Shown here: one piece after another, positions 58,206 through 64,000 of the stretch
Position numbering within the stretch: the stretch's first letter is position 1
Layout of the letters: every line of letters starts with the position of its first letter
Assembly (NCBI GenBank): GCA_965208125.1
Contig: OZ242320.1
Location: forward strand, 96,001-160,000
DNA length: 64,000 bases
Source of the DNA: Candidatus Latescibacterota bacterium
GTDB taxonomy: Bacteria; Latescibacterota; UBA2968
Direction: 5' to 3'
Notes under the pieces: model-generated
Told to the model about the DNA's origin: nothing
Seen by the model: the letters and a program-made list of their open reading frames with translations, nothing else
The model's database searches: none
Translations under genes and position numbers: made by a program

Positions 58206-59078
58206 TTATTTAATACCCGCCATTTTTCTCAGCACTTCGACAATAGCGGAATTATCCTGCTCTGCAAGGCCGAGCGCAACGCCCGTGCGCAAAAGTTGGG
58301 CGTGAAGCCCTGTTACGGGCAACGGCGTTTCCGTGCGTGCGCCGAGGTCGAGGATGAGTTCCACATCTTTTAAATGCTGGTCCAGTGCGGCCTGAGTGGT
58401 AAAATCTCCGGTGATCATCTTTTCGCCTTTAATATCCATCACACGAGAATACGCGCCACCCATCTTAAAAACATCGAGCAAAACATCGATATCTACCCCT
58501 GTTTTTTGTGCGAGAACAAGCCCCTCGGCCAATACGAGACGGTTGAGACCGAGCACGAGATTGACAATGAGTTTGGCTTCTGCACCCTTGCCCGCAGGAC
58601 CCATGTGAAAGGTCATAAGCGAAAAGGCTTCAAAAATATCCGTACACAGTTCAAAAACGGGTAAAGTGCCACCGACCATCACGAGAACATCTGCTTCGCG
58701 CACTTGCTTGCTGGATCCGAGAATAGTAGCATCGAGAAAGCGGATACTTCTGCTTTCAAGGCGTTTGGCAAGCGCAGTTGACATCTGCGGATCGGCTGTG
58801 GTCGTATCCACAATAATTGCGCCGGGAGATGCCGCAGACAAAATGCCCCTCGCACCTGTAACCACATCGTTGACAACATAAGAGTCGGGAAGCGAAAGAA
58901 CGATGCGACGCGCTTTATCGGCGACATCGGCAGGAGATTTGCAGGGCGTAAAACCGTCGCCTTCATGTGCTTTTATTCTTTCGGGATCAATATCATACCC
59001 TGCAATTTCTAAACCTTTGTCGCGAAAACGTTCCACAAGTGCGGACCCGACGAGTCCAAGTCCGATAAGACCGAGCAT
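58206..59078 (-). CDS. NAD(P)-dependent beta-hydroxyacid dehydrogenase (3-HIBADH/6PGD family)
   Basis: GLIGLGLVG, LSLP, DATILG, KLIVN, KD motif. Confidence 0.85.
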   Translation of the reverse strand: MLGLIGLGLVGSALVERFRDKGLEIAGYDIDPERIKAHEGDGFTPCKSPADVADKARRIVLSLPDSYVVNDVVTGARGILSAASPGAIIVDTTTADPQMSTALAKRLESRSIRFLDATILGSSKQVREADVLVMVGGTLPVFELCTDIFEAFSLMTFHMGPAGKGAEAKLIVNLVLGLNRLVLAEGLVLAQKTGVDIDVLLDVFKMGGAYSRVMDIKGEKMITGDFTTQAALDQHLKDVELILDLGARTETPLPVTGLHAQLLRTGVALGLAEQDNSAIVEVLRKMAGIK

Positions 59079-59288
59079 AGGACCTCCTGTAAAAAAATAA
59101 AATATAATGAGCCGTATCGCGTACGGCTTAAGAATAGGTCAAATCTTAAAACAGACAGAACCAGTTCTTCAAAAATACTGTACAATCGGATTCTTGCCAA
59201 ATGAGAAAATAGTGTTGAATCCCTGCGGGCATTGTTTATCTTAAGACCATAACAATATGCCCGAAAACACTCACAACAGGAGCTATAA

Positions 59289-60041
59289 ATGAGTCTGGAA
59301 CCCATTCAAACACCGGATATAGAACGCCCACCAAAAGCATTGATCGACGCGTTATCACATATTGGCAGCGCCACAGCCAGTGGAGAATTATTCAAGCTGG
59401 GCATTCGCAATGCCCAAATTTTAGGTCCCCTTCCCCGAACACCGGGCAAATCAATTTGTGGCCCGGCACTAACGCTACAATTTGTGCCCAAACGAGAAGA
59501 TCTGCATTCATCGGGAGAATACCAGGGGCCAGAAAGACAATTGCATCGTCATGTGCTATATCACACACAACCGGGCGATGTGGTCGTAGTCGATGCTCGA
59601 GGCGACATGAACAGTGGTGTTTTTGGTGAGATGATGCTAACCTATTTTTCCGGTCAGGGGGGACAGGGTGCGATTGTCGATGGCTGTATTCGCGATTTTC
59701 CCCACGCCAGGGAATTAAACCTCGGCTTATGGCTTAAAGGAACAACGCCCAATTTTCACGCGCAAACCAATATTTTCCCCCACGCCGTGAATGTCCCCAT
59801 AGCGTGTGGTGACACACTTGTAATGCCCGGCGATATTATTATTGCTGACGACGACGGCGCCGTGGTAGTGCCAATTAAACTCGCGCCTGAATTGGCAGAA
59901 AAAGCGACCGAACACGCCGAATGGGAAGTCTTCAGCCGAATGAAACTCGCCGAAGGCGGCGACCTGCGGAAATATTATCCACTCACAGATGAAGCGCGTG
60001 TTGAATATGAAGCGTGGCAAAAGGAACAGGGTGAGACGTAA
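59289..60041 (+). CDS. RraA/HMG-aldolase family protein
   Basis: GPALT, VVVDARG, GVFGE, DGCIRD, PGDIIIADDDGAVVVP. Confidence 0.85.
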   Translation: MSLEPIQTPDIERPPKALIDALSHIGSATASGELFKLGIRNAQILGPLPRTPGKSICGPALTLQFVPKREDLHSSGEYQGPERQLHRHVLYHTQPGDVVVVDARGDMNSGVFGEMMLTYFSGQGGQGAIVDGCIRDFPHARELNLGLWLKGTTPNFHAQTNIFPHAVNVPIACGDTLVMPGDIIIADDDGAVVVPIKLAPELAEKATEHAEWEVFSRMKLAEGGDLRKYYPLTDEARVEYEAWQKEQGET

Positions 60042-60075
60042 GACGAACGGTCAGACAGTGTGAGGCTTTACGTCT
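60031..60075. repeat. Short heptamer repeat/hairpin containing both convergent stop codons
   Basis: gtgagac gtaagac; AGACGTAA (60034-41) pairs with TTACGTCT (60068-75). Confidence 0.55.
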
Positions 60076-61006
60076 GCGCGTGTCTGGCCGCGCCTAAAAT
60101 CCCCGCGTCATCGCCCAGTTCAGCAGGGACAATCTGCACGTGTTCTTTTACCCCAACAGTACCGCGATCCCAAAAAGTTCGCATCGCCGATTCAAAAATC
60201 CAATCGCCCGCCTGCGCCAATCCACCCGTTAGCGCAACGCGATCCACATTTAATACATTCACCAGACTCACCAGCCCCACGCCGAGGAAAAATCCCGTCT
60301 CCTCAAACATCTGCATCGCAAAATCATCACCCGCCTCGGCCGCTTGAAAAATAACCTGTGTGGTCAAACCCTCTGCTTTCAGCGACGTCTCCGGCTTTTC
60401 CCCTTCAAGTCTTTCCAGCGTGCGGCGCACCATGGCCGTAGCCGATGCATACATCTCCAAACATCCAAAATTGCCACACGGACAGCGCGGCCCATTGTGA
60501 TCAACTGTAATATGCCCCACCTCGGCCGCATTGCCATTAAACCCGTGCATAACCTTCCCCTCGCTGATCCATCCACCGCCAACCCCTGTACCCAGGGTCA
60601 CGCATAAAAAGTGATCAACACCTCGACCAGCCCCCAGCCATTGCTCGCCATAAGCCGCCAAATTTGCATCATTATCCACCACCACGTCCAGACCGAGCAA
60701 TGCCTCCAGGCGATCCTTTAATCGCACACCGTGCATACACTGCAAATTCTCGGGCGATATAATCACACCTTCAAATGGATCTAATGGACCGGGCGCACCA
60801 ACTCCTACACCCTGTACTTCTGCCAGTGAAATCCCGCCATCCTGCGCAGCCGCACGCGCACATTCGGCAATGCCATTTATCACACCTTCGGCACCCAGGT
60901 GCAATCGCGTCGGTCCCCGCGCCCTACCTACAATCTCCCCAGACTTTGTCACAAGCCCCGCACGCGTATTGGTGCCCCCTAAATCTATGCCAATCGTCAA
61001 ACTCAT
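60068..61006 (-). CDS. ROK family sugar kinase (glucokinase-like)
   Basis: IDLGGT, NDAN, LGTGVGGG, EVGH, CPCGNFGCLE. Confidence 0.92.
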   Translation of the reverse strand: MSLTIGIDLGGTNTRAGLVTKSGEIVGRARGPTRLHLGAEGVINGIAECARAAAQDGGISLAEVQGVGVGAPGPLDPFEGVIISPENLQCMHGVRLKDRLEALLGLDVVVDNDANLAAYGEQWLGAGRGVDHFLCVTLGTGVGGGWISEGKVMHGFNGNAAEVGHITVDHNGPRCPCGNFGCLEMYASATAMVRRTLERLEGEKPETSLKAEGLTTQVIFQAAEAGDDFAMQMFEETGFFLGVGLVSLVNVLNVDRVALTGGLAQAGDWIFESAMRTFWDRGTVGVKEHVQIVPAELGDDAGILGAARHAQT

Positions 61007-61644
61007 TTTTCCGCTCGCGCCTGCGCCACGGCATCTACAAACGATCTTGCCGTTGCCGTCAAAGATGCCCAGTCTTTATTATCCACAGCCGCCTTATCGA
61101 CCATCGCACTGCCAGCCCCCACAGCCACCGCGCCATTTTTGATAAACTCGGGTGTTGTATTGGCATCCACCCCACCCGTGGGCATGAGCTTCACCTGTGG
61201 CAAAGGACCCAGAATATCCTTAAAATAAGATGGTCCCCCCATACCGGCGGGAAACACCTTGACCACATCGGCTCCTGCTTGCCACGCCGTCAAAATTTCT
61301 GTAGGCGTAAACCCGGCGGGCATCACGGCCTTGCCATACCGCTTGCTCATCTCGATCACCGCCGTATTCAAAATGGGACTCACCACATATTCTGCGCCGG
61401 ATAGAATTGCTGCCCGCGCCGTCTCTGGATCGAGCACAGACCCCACCCCAATAATCGTATCTTCCATCTTTACCGACGCTTCTTCAATCACCTTCAGTGC
61501 CCCCGGCACCGTCATCGTCACCTCAATCGCCACCACACCGCCTTCGCGCAACGCTTTTGACACATCCATCAACTGCGACGGATTATCTGCCCGCAACACG
61601 GCAACCACACCGCAGTCAATAATGCGATCTACAGTACTGGACAT
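61003..61644 (-). CDS. eda: KDPG/KHG aldolase
   Basis: VAVLR, IEVT, GVGSVL, VSP, TPTE, KVFPA, PTGGV. Confidence 0.92.
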   Translation of the reverse strand: MSSTVDRIIDCGVVAVLRADNPSQLMDVSKALREGGVVAIEVTMTVPGALKVIEEASVKMEDTIIGVGSVLDPETARAAILSGAEYVVSPILNTAVIEMSKRYGKAVMPAGFTPTEILTAWQAGADVVKVFPAGMGGPSYFKDILGPLPQVKLMPTGGVDANTTPEFIKNGAVAVGAGSAMVDKAAVDNKDWASLTATARSFVDAVAQARAEK

Positions 61645-61720
61645 TTTTCCTCCCCGAAAAATTAAACCTCTCTCCAAAATAGAGAGAGGCGTTATGTTAT
61701 TAGCGCATTCATCTCAGACT

Positions 61721-62764
61721 CTATCGTCTAATCCGCGCGCTCTCACCCTTCATTGCACTCTCGGCTTCTGATCGCGTAGCCCAGTTCACATCCCCCGGGA
61801 ACGTATGTGCCAGCGCCGAATAAGCCCCTGCGAAATCCACGATATCCTGCGCGGGATTGCCCTCGAGCACCCCAGCAATAATACCCGCTGAAAAATTATC
61901 GCCACCCCCCACGCGATCCACCATCTCCAAATCTTCGTAAATACGCGACAAATAAAACTCACTGCCATCGTAAAGCAGTGTGCGCCAGTCATTTAGCAAC
62001 CCTGTCTTCGCAACGCGCAGGGTTGTACCCACAAGCGCCACATTGGGATATTGCGATATGGCCTTCCGCGCGACATCTTTATAGCTCTCCGGATCGAGCG
62101 CATCGTAATCGCCCGATGTGCCTTCGGCTTTAAGCCCCATCGTCTTTTCAAAATCCTCTTCATTGCCGATGAGCACCTGCACGTGCGGAATACACTTTGC
62201 AATCGTCTCCTGTGCCTGTTCTGCACTCCACAATTTAGATCTGAAATTGAGATCAAAACTCGTTGTCACATCTGCATCGCGGGCTGCTATCAGCGCTTCT
62301 ACTGTAGCCTCTGCCGCGCCTTCCGACAACGCGGGCGTAATCCCACTGACGTGAAACCACTTGCTCCCTTCAAAAATAGATGCCCAATCCACCATTCCGG
62401 GTTTGATATTCATAATCGCGGTATGGCCCCTATCATACGTCACAGCACTCGCACGCGGGCCCACACCTACTTCCATATGATAAAATCCATTGCGCTCAAG
62501 CCCTACACCATCAAAATCCGTCCACAAAATATTGGACATATCCACCCCGTGCTCGCGCCCCTTGTTGCGAATAATCCAACCCGTCCAATTATCGACCAAC
62601 CGGGATACCCACGCTGCCTTCAATCCCAAATGCGCGCACCCAACCGCGACATTGTATTCTCCTCCACCGATCTCGACATCGAGTTTACTCGCATTCTCCA
62701 ATCGGCGGTATTCTGGCGAAGACAGTCGAATCATCGCCTCGCCAAAAGTAACGACATCGTACAT
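61721..62764 (-). CDS. kdgK: PfkB sugar kinase, 2-dehydro-3-deoxygluconokinase-like
   Basis: VVTFGEAMIRL, GGEYNVA, DLNFRSKLW, NEED, DRVGGGD; GGAGG before ATG 62764. Confidence 0.85.
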   Translation of the reverse strand: MYDVVTFGEAMIRLSSPEYRRLENASKLDVEIGGGEYNVAVGCAHLGLKAAWVSRLVDNWTGWIIRNKGREHGVDMSNILWTDFDGVGLERNGFYHMEVGVGPRASAVTYDRGHTAIMNIKPGMVDWASIFEGSKWFHVSGITPALSEGAAEATVEALIAARDADVTTSFDLNFRSKLWSAEQAQETIAKCIPHVQVLIGNEEDFEKTMGLKAEGTSGDYDALDPESYKDVARKAISQYPNVALVGTTLRVAKTGLLNDWRTLLYDGSEFYLSRIYEDLEMVDRVGGGDNFSAGIIAGVLEGNPAQDIVDFAGAYSALAHTFPGDVNWATRSEAESAMKGESARIRR

Positions 62765-62784
62765 ATAGTCCTCCCAAAAAAAGC

Positions 62785-62915
62785 AAGTGAGAAGGTAGAA
62801 GGAAGAAGTGAGAAATCCCATCCCAACTGCCCAAAGGCTGGTGCATCTTCCTACTTCACAGTGAACTGGTCTGGGAAACGACCAGTTGTACATCGTTCCC
62901 TACTTCACACTTCTA
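62785..62915. repeat. Heptamer tandem-repeat element with a nested hairpin
   Basis: aagtgag aaggtag aaggaag aagtgag ... cttccta cttcaca ... AACTGGTC/GACCAGTT ... cttcaca cttcta. Confidence 0.75.
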
Positions 62916-63593
62916 TTCATCCGATCCGCCCAAAAAACCCGCCATCCACAACAGACGCAACAACTCCAAAATCGCCACCAGTGCTGATGCGACATACGTC
63001 AGCGCAGCAGCATTCAAAACCTTCCGCGAAGCGGGTATCTCCTCAGACGTCAAATATCCGCCATCGGCCAGAATCTGAATAGCCCGACTACTCGCATTAA
63101 ACTCAACCGGCAGAGTAACAATACTAAAAACCACAGCCGCCGAAAAGAACACAATACCTAAAAAAACGAGTTCAAAACTGGCAAAAATAAACCCGGCAAT
63201 TAGAAAAATCCACGCCGCCTTTGATCCCAAATTAGCCACCGGAACCAGACTCGTCCGAAGAGACAAGGGCACATAGCCCTGCGCGTGTTGAAACGCATGC
63301 CCGGCTTCGTGAGCAGCCACGCCAATCGCGGCTAAGGAGCGATTCCCGTACACACTTTCAGACAGGCGCAACATGCGATCTCTCGGATCGTAGTGATCTG
63401 TCAAATGCCCCTGCACAGGCTCTACGCCCACGGGCAAACCGCCGCGGCGCAAAATATCGCGCGCAACCTGATCCGCAGTCGCACCGCTTCGCGCAACAAA
63501 TTCATCGTATTTGCGAAACGTGCGCTTCACCTTGAATTGCGCCCACAGCGTAATAGCTATTCCCACAAACATCACCATCAAACCTTCCAGCAT
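62913..63593 (-). CDS. YugP-type membrane zinc metallopeptidase
   Basis: LTDHYDP, VAAHEAGHA, TLPVEFNASSRA, AALTYV. Confidence 0.9.
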   Translation of the reverse strand: MLEGLMVMFVGIAITLWAQFKVKRTFRKYDEFVARSGATADQVARDILRRGGLPVGVEPVQGHLTDHYDPRDRMLRLSESVYGNRSLAAIGVAAHEAGHAFQHAQGYVPLSLRTSLVPVANLGSKAAWIFLIAGFIFASFELVFLGIVFFSAAVVFSIVTLPVEFNASSRAIQILADGGYLTSEEIPASRKVLNAAALTYVASALVAILELLRLLWMAGFLGGSDE

Positions 63594-63610
63594 GACATTT
63601 CCTCCTGAAA

Positions 63611-63643
63611 CAGTTGTCAGTTATCAGTTATCGGTTGTCAGCC
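63611..63643 (-). repeat. Heptamer tandem repeat overlapping the fmt stop codon
   Basis: cagttgt cagttat cagttat cggttgt cagcc. Confidence 0.75.
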
Positions 63644-64000
63644 TTCGCGTCTCTACCAAATCTCTCCCGGACCTCAATGCGATATCCCCGCACAAAATCA
63701 GCACCGGACATGCGCTTTTTACCTGCCGGTTGCACCTCGTCCAGCGCGAGAACCCCTTCACCCGTCCCCACAATAAGTCCGCGCTTGCCATCTGCACCAA
63801 TCACAGTACCCGCTTCTCCCATCCCCGTCTCAACCGTTGCCCGGTGAATCTTCAGTAATTTGCCGCGCCAGAGTGTAAACGCCCCCGGAAAAGAATTGGT
63901 TCCCCGAATGAGATTGCGAATATCCCCTGCACCTTTTGACCAATCAATCTCGCCATCTTCTTTCTCTAATTTTGGAGCGCGACTCACCCCTTTATCCATC
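63628..64000 (-). CDS. fmt: Methionyl-tRNA formyltransferase, C-terminal part (partial)
   Basis: APKLEKEDGEIDW, IRG...PGAF, VQPAGKKRM...F.RG. Confidence 0.9.
   Translation of the reverse strand, partial: MDKGVSRAPKLEKEDGEIDWSKGAGDIRNLIRGTNSFPGAFTLWRGKLLKIHRATVETGMGEAGTVIGADGKRGLIVGTGEGVLALDEVQPAGKKRMSGADFVRGYRIEVRERFGRDAKADNR

Noticed and set aside
59109-59129. Hairpin GAGCCGTA-TCGCG-TACGGCTT in a divergent intergenic region
   Set aside because: Single copy, no T-tract and no recognisable operator consensus; cannot be assigned a function
62051-63082. 343-aa plus-strand ORF opposite kdgK and the YugP-type gene
   Set aside because: Antisense to two well-supported genes, with no recognisable motifs
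1-64000. tRNA, rRNA, IS/transposase, integrase or prophage genes
   Set aside because: No cloverleaf, rRNA-like tract, DDE/tyrosine/serine recombinase motif or phage gene was recognised; very degenerate remnants could be missed by eye

Overview
Bacterial chromosomal window, mostly housekeeping and catabolic genes. The gene content (dockerin/EF-hand-tagged secreted proteins, internalin-like LRR proteins, sulfatases, PhyH and Gfo/Idh/MocA enzymes) suggests an FCB-group, Latescibacterota-like and possibly host-associated organism; this is inference only. In order: (1) 3' end of dppA, then a ~7.3 kb accessory cassette inside the dppA-dppB-dppC operon, made of an AraC HTH remnant, a 1276-aa three-module LRR protein, a fused MNT-HEPN gene and a 505-aa paralogous LRR protein; (2) an M16 peptidase pair and an Ldh_2 oxidoreductase; (3) a lysine-riboswitch-led dapA-dapB plus a large transaldolase-like gene; (4) hrcA-grpE-dnaJ without dnaK or CIRCE; (5) a secreted CxxCH/temptin-like/dockerin-like protein; (6) glnA with a structured leader; (7) pentapeptide-repeat gene, 5-FTHF cyclo-ligase, uppS-cdsA-dxr-rseP; (8) a dcw cluster lacking mraY, murD and murG; (9) a catabolic region (two sulfatases, LysR/rhodanese, C26 hydrolase, PhyH, DMFase-like, Gfo/Idh/MocA, metallophosphoesterase-propeller, pcm, amidohydrolase, RraA-like, ROK, eda, kdgK), a YugP-type peptidase and the 3' end of fmt. 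Most notable signals: codon-targeted hypervariability on the binding face of the LRR repeats; about nine 7/8-mer tandem-repeat elements at gene junctions, most of them stop-codon-rich; and candidate regulatory RNAs in the glnA and hrcA leaders. No rRNA, tRNA, CRISPR array, transposase, integrase or reverse transcriptase was recognised.
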